A DNA stretch of 64,000 nucleotides. Origin: Carcharhinus longimanus (Eukaryota). Location: positions 62,985,823-63,049,822 of the forward strand of contig JASCQW010000099.1 in assembly GCA_030264375.1 (NCBI GenBank). The letters are read 5' to 3'. The notes under the pieces were generated by a model, which saw nothing but the letters and a program-made list of their open reading frames with translations, was not told the DNA's origin and did not search any database. Of the stretch, positions 24,899 to 36,560 are shown one piece after another (the stretch's first letter is position 1; each line of letters starts with the position of its first letter). Both the position numbers and the translations under genes were made by a program.

Positions 24899-24953
24899 CA
24901 ACATTGGAGCCGCAGTCATGTCATTTTACACTCTTCTGTTTTGGTTTCAACAG

Positions 24954-25109
24954 CAATCAGCAGCACTCCAGTAGCACCGCTGAAGCAGGTGCCAAAGGGG
25001 GCACCACCGGGAAATCCAGCAAAAAGGGCAAAGCCATGTGCATCTCAATGGAGCCAAACCCTTTAGATCAGACATGTATCCATCCTGAATCGTATGCCAT
25101 AGTGACAAG
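24954..25109 (+). CDS. SRBD1: SRBD1 internal coding exon (SNQQHSSSTAEAG...MEPNPLDQTCIHPESYAIVTR)
   Basis: tttcaacag acceptor, gtaagg donor at 25110. 156 bp, phase 2 to phase 2. Contains the Tex 'NPLD.T.IHPESY' motif. Confidence 0.93.
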
Positions 25110-26472
25110 GTAAGGACACAAGCAGAAGGCGTGAACTACCCTAGCAATGTAGATGAAATTTATTTCTGTCATAAGGACCAGCTGAAATACGTTTCCTTTC
25201 AAAATGCCAAATTTTATGTGAGATCATAAGTTAATTGCCATTCTTATGCACACCAAAGTAATAAATAGAAAAATTGCCGGTTAATATACTTTAACAGCAG
25301 TTTATATTGCAAGCATAATGTAGGTAGTTTTGTTCAAGCATAACATTTTAAGTGCCAAAAGTCTCTTGTTTTTGAACAAAAGTTGTCTTGTTAAATTGAA
25401 AATAACTAATTACGCAATTTATGCAGTAAGTTGTAACTTCCAACACCCATCAGAATCTGTAATTTCAGCAATCCTTTCTGCCCTACCACCACCCATAATG
25501 TTTAAAATATTATTTAGAGTGTGTAGTTGTTTTGTGTAAATGATGACAACAAAGAGCATAACATTATCATTGAATGGTAGAAGCCCAAAGCATTTGGCAG
25601 GTGTTGGTGTAAAAGTAATCTGTGTTGGCAGTGAAATCTGAGACAGGAAGGTGGCTTGTAGCAACCTTAGAAAATCACACTTGCGTGTGTGCATCATAAC
25701 CGTGCAGTTATCACGGTTTTATCTGGATTTAATCTTGGCTTATTTTTTATGTGTGAAATTCGGATGAACTAAGGCCATCACCTCCACGGTGTGACAGAGG
25801 TGTTAAACGAGTGTCAACTGAACTGGGTTAAGACCTGGTAGGATTTTTTTTAGGAATGCCAGCACTGCCTCAGAACTAGGGACTTTTACTCCTCAGATAC
25901 CTGGTGCACATATCTGGTATCGTGTTACTTCCTCTGAGATGCAACTATTTAACCATGTGATGAAATAAACAAAGGCAGTGTCCTCTGGCTAACCAGCTGA
26001 CGAGACCAGTTAGAAGCATCACAATAAGTGGAGTGACTCAACTATCTGGAACATTGTTACCTCCAAAATAGCATTACATTCTCAGTTTCTGCCTTTGAAT
26101 GCTTCACAATGAATCAGGTTTGAATGTTTGATTCACAATGTTCTCTGTGTGACAGAATTATAAGCTTGTTCTTTATAAACTGGTTAACAATTTTATTACA
26201 TAGTGCTCAGAGGGAATCATTCCCCTTAAGGTTTATGTTGGGCCAAATTGATTTTCTTACCAGGGAGTTCCTTGAAAAGTTTTTTTTTCATATAAACCTT
26301 GATAGAATGTCCTGAAGTTATCAAGTTAAAATTATAATAGCCCTGCCAGAGGCAGGCAGCAGATGTATGTATTTAAATAGAGTGGCATCATCGTGAACAT
26401 TTGGCTATACAGTTCTGTATTTTACATTGTATATGTATGTATAAATGCACTGTCGAAAAACAGCTTGGGAAA

Positions 26473-26790
26473 TAGAATCATAGAATCTCTGCAATGCAAA
26501 AGGAGGCCATTTGGTCCATTGAGCCTGCACTGACAACAATCCCTCCCAGGCCCTAGCTCTGTATTCCTGTGTATATACTCTGCTGGTTTCCATAACACAA
26601 AGGAGCAATTTAGCATGACCAATCCACCTAACCTGCACATCTTTGGAGTGTGGCAGGAAACCAGAACCCTCTGGGGAAACCCACACCGACATGGGGAGAA
26701 TGCAAACTCCACACAGACGGTTACCTGAGGCTGAAATTGAACTCAGGTCCTTGGCGCTGGGAGGCAGCAGTGCTAACCACTGTGCTGCCC
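26473..26790 (-). mobile_element. HE1 SINE
   Basis: Head, V-domain and tail present. Confidence 0.9.
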
Positions 26791-27269
26791 AGATTAAATT
26801 TAATTTAATCTGATCCTATTAGGCTGTGACCAAAACAAGAGGAAGCGACATTTGTGTCAAATTCAATGCTTGGGTCCCTGCAATTTTATAAATGATAATG
26901 ACAATAGTTATCAGTGCTTCTTTTTATCTCTACAATCTTTCTGGATGTGTGAGAGTAGTGGAGATAAAGCCTTAGCTACAGTGGTTTTCATAGATGACTT
27001 GCTGAGGAAACTTGTGAAACGATGAGCTAAATCTTCCTGTCTCTGGATCATCAGAGACCAGATGTACAATTGTGGATGCATGCCGGGATCTTATGGAAGT
27101 GCCGATGCAAGGAACTGGAAAGGAATTGCCTGCGAAGTTTAAATTTCCATTGGACAACTCCAGGTGACCCTCCACTCTGACTCTGAGTTAGAATTGGAGA
27201 CATTGGGCACTCCCACAGCGCTTGTCTGTATAGTTAACCACATTAAAACTTGGTCTAACATCTAGTTAA

Positions 27270-27630
27270 ATCCACAACTGACTCCCCCCACTATCCCCAA
27301 ACACCTGCCTGACCTGAACCAACTATCACTTTTGACTACACCCCAAACACCTGACTATCCACCTGACTCAACCACCCCCAATCATTCAACCATTCCCCCG
27401 ACTGCCTGAATACTTGCCAACCCAGACCTGACTACACTCCCCACCCCAGCCAGACTCGACTAGCTACCTGTCTACTTGAGTCCTAACCCAGCTACGCTGC
27501 CCTGTATACCCCATCCCCATTTGGACCAGACTAATCCTTCCCCAAACAGGCCGGACCACACTCCCTGACCACACTCGACTGCTCCTCTTCTCCACCTTTC
27601 TCCTGACCAAGTCCTCACTTCCCACCCAGA
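27270..27630. repeat. C/A-rich low-complexity tract (cctgac / ccactcc-like units)
   Basis: Strong C skew with recurring 'cctgac' and 'actacac'. Confidence 0.6.
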
Positions 27631-28042
27631 AATCTAAATGGTTTTGTGTGAGAAAGAACTAGGAAAGCTAATGAGGTTATTGGAGAAATTGAGGTTCATG
27701 ATGTTAGTTTGGGTGTGGCATTCCTCAGTATAGGAGTTGATTCAGTGGATGTGGATGGGCCATGTACTAGAGATAGAAATGCAATATCATGATGATGGAC
27801 TAGTTGTATGATTTCAATTTCATCTCAAGGTCAAATGAGGGGCTGAATTTGTGTACTTTTAGGTTCAGTTTTGAGCCATCTAAGCAAAGAGGGGTTGAAA
27901 TTTGAGGCATGCAATATCTGATGAGAACTGAACAGTATTAACTGATTGGATAGTTTCAATTAGCAGTGGAATTAGAATTGGTGCTTGATGGCCAACTGGA
28001 TTGAGCGGATTGACCAGACATGGCAAAGATTTTGGAGAGGTG

Positions 28043-28353
28043 GGCGGCATAGTGGTTAGCACTACTGCTTCACAGCGCCACAGACCCAGGTTCGATTCCA
28101 GCCTCAGGTGACTGTGCAGAGTTTGTACATTCTCCCAATGTCTGCGTAGGTTTCCTCTGGGTGCTCCAGTTTCCTCCCACAGTCCAACGATGTGCAGGTT
28201 AGGTTGATTGGTTGTGTTAAATTGCCCCTTAGTGTCAGGGGGATTTGTGGGATAAATATGTGAGGTTACAGGGGTAAGGCCTGGGTGCGATAGTCATTGG
28301 TGCAGGCCTGATGGGCCACATGGCCTCCTTTCTGCAATGTAGCAATTCTATGA
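28043..28353 (+). mobile_element. HE1 SINE
   Basis: Head, V-domain and tail present. Confidence 0.9.
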
Positions 28354-30134
28354 GGTAAATAAGGGCAAGCAGGACACTTCACTGTCGTCATGGTTTATTT
28401 GCGGTATTGTTGACCAGGGCAGTCTTGGTGCTGTGAGGACAAATTTAAAGTGAATTTTAATAGAGAAATGGTGGGAAAGGTGAGTGTCAGTAACTGGGAG
28501 ATGTTAGATGATACAAGTAACATGAAATGTGAAATCATTATTCATGCCTGATACCAATTCCATCGCTACATATGCCTTTGACCAAATGGAGTGTACAATG
28601 TATTTTCTGATTTCCAGAATATTAATGCAGCTTCAATTTTTATAAATTAATCCAGCATGCATTCTAGAACACATTCTTCCAAGTTTCAGCACTTCAAATG
28701 TTAAAGGTAATATGCAAAGTAACAAAATAGTTATCAAATCAAAACCTTTGGGCCTTATTAATGCTGTAGACATATTGTGGTGTGACTGTTCAGAGATACC
28801 GTGATCTCATTAAAAATAGTAACATTGACTTTGCAACAGAATCGTCCCTCTCTGCCTGTGACTAGTCATTTTGCAAAAAATATGTGCTTACAGAGTACAA
28901 TTGAGATACGCAAGAGAAATATTCATTAAAAATTTTCTCATGTTAGAGAACATAATTGTGATAGGATGCCCGATTGAAACGTATTGTCAGCTAGTTAATC
29001 ATAGTTGATTTATTTTAAGTTTATTGGTGTCACAAGTAGGCTTACATTAACACTGCAGTGAAGTTATGGTAGTAGTAGCAATGGAGCTGCTCTACAAAAC
29101 AAATACTCAAAGCCAAAATTGGTACTAGTCAGCTCTTGTTTTATTTAAGTGCGTAAACGTTCCCATCGTCTTTACTTGGAAAGTTATATTCTATATTCAA
29201 GCAACAGTTCCATGAATTCTGTCTGGCGGAGAAATAGTATGCAAGTATTTGATCTCAGTTTAATTTATGGACCATCTTGGATTGAAATGGAATATTGAGG
29301 TTTAGACATGGTGGAACCATCACAACTTCTGACTAACTGAACTCTTTGGATATAATTTAAAGCAGTATAGGATTTGTAGATTTCTTCTAGTGATGCAGTT
29401 TGTCATAAACATCCTCCCCGCCTCATTCTACTTATATTACCACTGGTCTTTTGTTGGACAAGTAACATTCTAAATCAGGCTCTGATTCAGGCACTATTTG
29501 TGGCATTCCAGCCTATACTCAGGATCATAGTTCTTATTGATTTCACTAAGTCACTGAAAGTGCGACTCAGGGAGTCGAATTAGTTATGCCTAGTATTTGT
29601 CACGGTTACCAGATCTTCCTTAGTTTCCTCAAAGCCTCTTGCCAAGCAAGACTTTGTGGATGGATAGAGAGGGAGGAGCCCCTAAAGAAAATCAACTCTA
29701 ACAGCCACGTTTCGGTGATGAGTTTTTAATGGCACAAAGAAAATAGACTATTTATAAAGTTTTGCACAGTTTTCAAAGACCAGGGCAGAAGTTAAAGAAG
29801 TGTCAACTCAACGACCAAAACACTTAATTTGTTTCTGATGGAGGTGATGCTTCATGCTGGTTACCTCAATGGCACACAGTATGAACACCGCCCAACAGGG
29901 TGTACTCCATAACTGAGATTTTACTGCCCTGCCCGCCACAGGAATTGGAACAGGTGAGGGGGCGGACCTTGGGAAGATCTGTCTTTAAAAATTACAATGA
30001 GTAAATTATCCCCAGATTAATGTTCTTATTTATTTGTTTTGCTTGCCTTGTTTCCTTTCTGAATGGGCGCACAGCACATAAGATTGGTTGCTCTTATTGC
30101 CATTTGATTCAAAGAACATAGTTTAATTTCTCGA

Positions 30135-30283
30135 GGTAATCAGCAAGTCAAGCAGCATCTGTGGAAGATGAAGCAAAACTAATGTTTCAGGTCAGTGACC
30201 TTTTGGTGCCCAAGCTGCTGAGTTTTTCAGACATTTTCTGCTTTCTTGTCAGATTTCCAGCATATGCAGTATTTTACTTTTGT
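30135..30283. mobile_element. Second Penelope pseudo-LTR family in inverted-pair arrangement; other pieces near 5190-5290, 17745-17835, 33983-34058 and 48467-48520
   Basis: 'cagcatctgtgga..gtttcaggtcagtgacctt' followed by the opposite orientation 'ctgctgagtttttcagacattttctg..cagatttccagcat'. Confidence 0.65.
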
Positions 30284-31139
30284 AATGGACTTAATTCTGT
30301 TTTGTATGCTGCCTTATTCAAAACATTTTGTACACCAGGTCAGAGCCTCCTCACTGTTTGTGAATTGTGCAGAGGTTAGATGTAGCTACCAGTGAGAATC
30401 TATACTCTGAGGATTGAATTTGTGCCAGCAACTGGGGAAGGAGGGCATGGAGGTCAGTTCAATGGCATGTCATGCTGTAATGGCACACCATGAACCCTGG
30501 GATTCTGACTATTAGATTAAAGCCAGCGCAGCATTATTCCTCAGTTGTAGCTTGGAAAATTCTTCGTGGGTACAATCCAGCCAAATGAAAGCAAGATTTG
30601 GCAGCTCTGCCATAATATGACACAGTGACTATCTGCAGGCAAAGGAGTTAGCTGTTCTGTGAGGGTGGTAATTTCATATCAGTAAGGATGCATGTCAACC
30701 ATAAATGCTTGATCAAGATTATTCCTTCAAGCGTGTACTACTGCACACATTTTTTAAGGTTGTCCTCAGTTTTCTCCTTCAAACAGCTGGTTTTGTGTTG
30801 GCAATTGTGTCTCTGCTTATACAGGAGTATTCAAAAAGAAGAAATTGAAGAATTCTAAGAGAAGGCTGTTGAAGTTGATTAATTTGTTTGAACTTTTTTA
30901 AAAGGCTGATTGTGAAGCTCAGATTTAATATTCTCGTCAGCACATATCTTCAGATTTTAGAGTTTCAGCTCTGTTGATAACTGCTATTGTTTAAACTGGA
31001 TCCAGAAAAATTTGTCTTCGTGTTGTCAGACTGCTTCTGCATCATCCAGTCCTGAATGATCCACAAGCTCTTTCATTAAATGTTGGTAAGACTTGGATCA
31101 TCAGCACAAGCCCTGGCTGTGCCACCCTGACTAGCAGCT

Positions 31140-31710
31140 CAGACTGAACCCAGACTATTCAGAATTTCAAACCTGAGCTGAACTTGTAATCCCTGTATCC
31201 TCACCATCACAAAGACCACCGACTTCCAAATCAGCCACAGCGAAGCATACTGCTGCTAAAACCCTTTTGTACATCTTCCAAATTCCAGTTCCTGATATTC
31301 CCAATGCTTTCCTGAGCAACCTTCCATTGTACATCACTGGTAAAGTTTTTTAAAGTTTATTTATTCAGTGTCACAAATGCACTTATGTTAACACTGCAAT
31401 GACGTTACTGTGAAAATCCCCTCGTCGCCACACTCCGGTGCCTGTTCGGATGCACTGAAGAAGAATTTAGCATGGCTGATGCACCTAACCGGCACGTCTT
31501 TGGGACGAACCCAGAGGAAGCCCATGCAGACATGGGGAGAATGTGCAGACTCCGCACAGACAGTGACTCAAGCTGGGAATCGAACCCTGATGCTGTGAGG
31601 CAGCAGTACTAATCACTGTGCCGCCCAGATATTATCTCATATAAAATTCTGTGCTCCATATTCTGCTGTGAAGCATATCCTTCTCACCCATTGCCCCATC
31701 GCAATCACTC
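31140..31710 (+). mobile_element. Decayed L2-like LINE fragment split by a SINE
   Basis: 'cctgagctgaac...catcacaaagaccaccgacttcca...ctgctgctaaaaccct' resembles L2 ORF2 3' region (ITKTAYFH / AAETL.HAF). Confidence 0.5.
31346..31626 (-). mobile_element. V-SINE with alternative 3' tail
   Basis: HE1-like head; reverse-strand tail 'GGGATTTTCACAGTAAC.TCATTGCAGTGTTAA..TAAG..TTGTGACAC..AATAAATAAAC'. Confidence 0.85.
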
Positions 31711-34311
31711 ATTACCCATAGATAGGTTCTTGACAGCCAAGGTTATTAAGGGTTACTGGCCCAGTCAGGTAGATGGAATTAACATGATCTAATTGAATAA
31801 TGGCACTGGTTTGGGGATAGAACGGCCTGTTTCTTTTCCTATGTTCCATCAGTCCATTTTCACCCATCACCTCTCCGTGTTTTGAGGAATATTTCCCCTC
31901 TATGCTAAAGGCTACATTCATTTAAGCTGCTGCTGCAAAAGAGAGGCTAAGAAACTGTGATTTAAGGAATGAAATGAGATGTGGGATGATGGAAAATATG
32001 CTATCAGTTGGAGACATTATTCCATATTTTATAATTGTGCAATGTTGTATATAATATTTTAAAGCCCCTCACTTATAAGATGATTTTATACTTTTCCCTC
32101 ATTTAAACTTAATGTCAATTGAGTCATAAATGTTGGATGGATTATTCTGCATTCCAAATATAATTTTTAACTCATAACACAGAGTTCAAAGTGAATTGAA
32201 GTGCTGATATCCTCCTGATGATTTAAATGGTGTCTGTAAACCAGTTAAAAGAAGATCAATTCTCTCTTTGAATTGACTTTTTGTTGTAATTTTTAATGTA
32301 CATTTTCATGTGGAAATATTAACATTTTATGTTCAGGCAACTTCCATTTACATAAAAATTAGGCCAAAACAATTAAAGTTATGATGCAAAAGGAATAGAT
32401 TTTGAACAAGTACCCTTGAGTGATTTTAAGGCAGTAATCTAATGCTGTTCGAAGAGAAAAGCAGTCTTGAATGTTGTAGGACAAAGAGTCAGTGATTTTG
32501 ATGACTTAGGACCTGAAGTTATAAAAGGCCTTATGACCAAATCTGTTTGTTTTCACCGAGTTATTTTTAACCACCAACCTACAGGAATGCACGTTGAGGT
32601 GACTGGAACTCTTGTTTAGTCAGCAATAAGTCTAGTAAAAGCAAATTATTGAAATGTATTCACAGAAAATTTGTGACAGCACATTTAGCGGCAGTCAGTG
32701 ATTGTCTCCATTTTTCTGAATTTGATTGTTTTTTTCTCCCTGATGTTTCTAATCATGATGTGAATTTAAGGTGAGTCTTGGTTTGAACGCTATTTATGTT
32801 ATAAAACAGAATTTCCCTACTAACAAAATCATGAGCATCAAGGTATTAGCCCAAATTAATTTGCAGATTTTGCTTTCTAAATTATTTTTCCCTGTCTTAA
32901 AACCTGTATCAATAAAGTGTTAACATGATCTTTGATCTTAAAACTTACAGTTTGGGAAAGCTACAGAAGTATACAACATTTGTTAAAGGTATTTTTGCTT
33001 GTGAATAAAGAGCTGCTTTTTAAAACAAAGTGCATGAACTGTAATACAATCTTTATGGCTGAGGTGTAGTTTCACACTCCGTTTTAAACTTAACTCACAT
33101 AATTAATCATGTGTAATGGGGGTGATTGCATTATTTTAATTACATGGTAAATATTATTGAAAATACAGTTCTGTCACAGCCAGTTGCAGCTTGCGCATTT
33201 TCATTCTGTTGATGATGAACCTTCGGTGTAACCTTTTCACGATGCTGTTTGCTCATACTGACAGTTTGACTTTGTGGCTCGGTATTGTGTATGAATCAAT
33301 CACAATTTCTATGAAACAATGCACAAGCTATGGTTTTAATGTTTTGTTTTTAAAGTGATTGTATTGCATCATTATGAATTCTCTTGGCGCAACGGTGGAG
33401 ACGTAATGGCATATCAGGTTGCATTAATGTGATGAACTTGATATTCTCGCTTTTTAAATAGCTTTGCTGGAAATGATTATGTAGTAAGGCAGGATGACTC
33501 ATTGGGATGAGCAATCGGTTGGTAACTTTTAATATCTTCAATAGAATGCTGTCTTAAAGCAATTAAAAGCTTATGGTTTATGCTAAATATATGTAATGTA
33601 TCCAAGATGGTTAAAATCCTACTAAACATAATCAAAACAAAAGCACTTGTCATGTTACATGGTTCCATTTCACCTAACTGTTCCTCACTGCTGTCCTTTG
33701 TTCACCCCCTTGAATGTGCCACGTACTGCTGGGGTGCAGTTTCCTGCCCTTGCTCACTTGCATGGTGAGTCAGCGGCCCTTAGGGAAGGCACTTTTTCTT
33801 TTCAGTAGGTGAGAAGGGAAAATTAAAGAACACATCATTTCATACACTTACTGCACACATTGCAGCAAATTGCAGGGCGGTATTGGCAGACGTTGAGGAG
33901 GATTGATGACTAGCGAATATCAAATCGTCTTGAGCTCTTTTTATCTCTAACACAGGTTTTAAGTCTATGTGAATAAGTGTTGTAAATACTCAGCAGGCTA
34001 GCAGCAACTGTGGAGAGAGACCCAGAGTTAACATTTTCATGATCTTTCATCAGAACCCTTCTATATCAGTACTGATGTATTGTTTAATTGCAAAAGTCAT
34101 TTATTGTATATTGAAATATGAGTAGCAGACAATGGGTTCCATTTGCTAGGTTACTACTGTGGACCTTGAGAAGGTTTAATAAACCAGGATTAAGTTGAAG
34201 TTTACTTGTTAGTCACAAGTAAGCTTACATCAACTCTGCATGAAGATGCACTTACACTGTACCTCCTCCAATTCTTTACCCATTGTTTTTACATTAGTTT
34301 CTCTAAAATAT

Positions 34312-34576
34312 ATTTATTAGTGTCACAGGTAGGCTTACATTAACACTGCAATGAGGTTACTGTGAAAATCCCCCAGTCACCACACTCTGGAGTCTTTTTG
34401 GGTACACCAAGGGAGAATTTAGCATGGCCAATGCACCTAACCAGCAGGCCTTTCAGAGTAGGGGAGGAAACTGGAACACGCAGAGGAAACCCATGGGGCT
34501 CCACACACAGTGACCCGGGAATCAAACCTGGGTCTCTGGTACTATGAAGCAGCAGTGCTAACCACTGTGCCACCAT
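34312..34576 (-). mobile_element. V-SINE with alternative 3' tail
   Basis: Same structure as 31346-31626. Confidence 0.85.
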
Positions 34577-34814
34577 GCAGATTGCCGCAGAGCTCAAAGG
34601 CGTCACAAGTCGAGTCTGCAGAAAGTATATTTTCAGTGACCCACTCTGAATTCATCTGCTTTTGAGGTCTCCAACCATGACACCCGCATTTCTAACTATA
34701 ATTTTTAATCTGCCTTCACCTCAGCTACATCTCCATCCTTTAGCATGAATAGAGCTTTGCAATTTTCATAACCGATTGCGCCAAGCACAGTTAATAAGAT
34801 TGCTGAAACACTAA

Positions 34815-35997
34815 AATAAAGATTGGAAATGCTCAGCAGGTCTGGCAGCATCTGTGAGAAGAGAGCTAACGTTTGGAATTCTCCAACCTCACTCCCAGCT
34901 GGGATTCTCCAGTCCCACTGCAGTGACTGGAGTTTTGGTTGAGAGCCAAATGCTCTGTTCTCCCTGGCAGTGGTGGGGTGAATGAGATCGGAGAATCCCA
35001 GCCGTCGTTTCAGGTCAGTGACCCTTCCTCAGAACTGAAAGTACTGAGAGATGCAAGTGTTTTTATGCCAGACAGGGAAAGAGGGGAGAGGAGAGAAGAA
35101 TGAACAGGAAGATCTGTGATAGGGTAAAGGCGAAATTAATTGACAAAAGGAATAATAGTGAAAAGCTAAAACAGATTGCTGTGGGACAGGGAACAAAAGA
35201 TGTGTGTGAATGAAGTGTAAATGAGAATAACAAAACTGCCACCAACAGCTGCTGTCAGGAAAAAAGCAGAGGTTAATGATGTGAAATTGTTGAATGGGAT
35301 GTTGACTGTGTAAGGCTGTAAAGTGCCTCTCGAAAGATGAGGTGCTGTTTCTCAAGCTTGCGCTCTTTGGAACAGAGCAAGAAACCGAGCACAGCAAGTT
35401 CAGAGTGGAGAATTAAAGGGTCGTGTTGGCACACTGAATGGAGGTGTCCCGCAAGATGGTTGCTCAACCTGTGATTGGTCCCCCTAGTGTAGAAGGGACC
35501 CCATTGTGAGCAACAAGTGCAATAGACCAAATTGAAAGACAACCACGTAGATCACTATTTAACCTGGAAGGAGTGTTTGGGGCTTCTGCTGATAAGAGAG
35601 GAGATATAAGTTGCTTCTCCCACACTTACATGGGAAGGAGAAGGGTTTTGGGGGTGACTGAGGTGTGCTCCAAGTCGTCATGGAGGAAATATTCCCTTCG
35701 AAAGGCTGAAAGGGGAGGAGATGAGTTTGGTGCTGGAATCAAGCTGCAGCTGGGGCAAGTGACAGAGAATGATGGACTGAGTACAAAGCTGCAGTGGAAA
35801 GTGAGGTTAAGGGGAGCCTAGTCATGATTCCAGGTATGTGGCAGGGGGAGGGTAATGAGAGCTGAGAACAGTAGTATGGGAAATTGAACTGACAAGGTTG
35901 AAAGCCTGTCAGCCACATTGGTGAATAGTTCTCAGCTGAGGGAAAAAGGAAATGCAGAAAATATTCAGCAGGCCTATCAACATCTATGGCGAAAGAA
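34815..35997 (-). mobile_element. Penelope-like retroelement remnant (GIY-YIG endonuclease plus pseudo-LTR pieces)
   Basis: ORF 35273-35542(-) 'SFNLVYCTCCSQWGPFYTRGTNHRLSNHLAGHLHSV' is a decayed 'NLVY.I.C..C...YIGET.R.L..R..EH' GIY-YIG. It is flanked by repeats of the 'ctcagcaggtctggcagcatctgtg' terminal sequence. Confidence 0.8.
34898..35002. mobile_element. MITE with perfect 13-bp TIRs
   Basis: GCTGGGATTCTCC at 34898-34910 and GGAGAATCCCAGC at 34990-35002. A related copy lies at about 17628-17733. Confidence 0.72.
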
Positions 35998-36299
35998 TCA
36001 GGCAGAATTTTCTCAACACAGTCTCTGGCCAAAGCAGCTGGACCATTCATGCATGTTTATTAGTGGAATTTTCAGTGGGTTTTCTCGTAAGTTCATTAAC
36101 TGAGACATGGAATTATTATCTCCATTTCTGGTTTCCACGCTGAATGGTTTGGTTTGGTTTGGCAGGAGAACATGTTGGGATTTGTTAAAAGAGAGATTTT
36201 TAATTAAAGGAACCTTGTCGTGCATTACAATTGTTTACTTACACATGGATTTTGAGACTGATACAACCTCAGGGATAGAGAAGAGACTGGGAAAGACTG

Positions 36300-36560
36300 C
36301 TGGCTGGATTGCTTGCTCTTACCTGGAGGTCCTTCTGAGGGACTGCGGCGAAGTGATCTTACCTAAGCACAGGAAGGAAAAGACAACCTCTCTACCACAG
36401 CCATGGATGGAAGTCAGCAGCAAAAATGTGGACCCACTAACCTGGAGACCAATGCCAAGAGGTTCCAAGAGAGCAGCAAGGGTGCATGGCATAGCAATTT
36501 TAGGTGCCCCTGACTTTTCCAGCATTGTGTGGCACATGACTGCTCAGAAAAACATACTTT
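36300..36560 (+). pseudogene. Decayed Myb/SANT-like DNA-binding gene fragment of a PIF/Harbinger transposon
   Basis: 'LEVLLRDCGEVILPKHRKEK.....PWMEVS..V' resembles Harbinger Myb/SANT 'LE.LL..V....L.P....R......AW.EVA..V'. No splice context. Confidence 0.45.

Noticed and set aside
25790-26023. Possible solo LTR (TGTGA...TCACA with AATAAA); a similar weak case at about 57504-57714
   Set aside because: No TSD and no second copy, so too weak to call.
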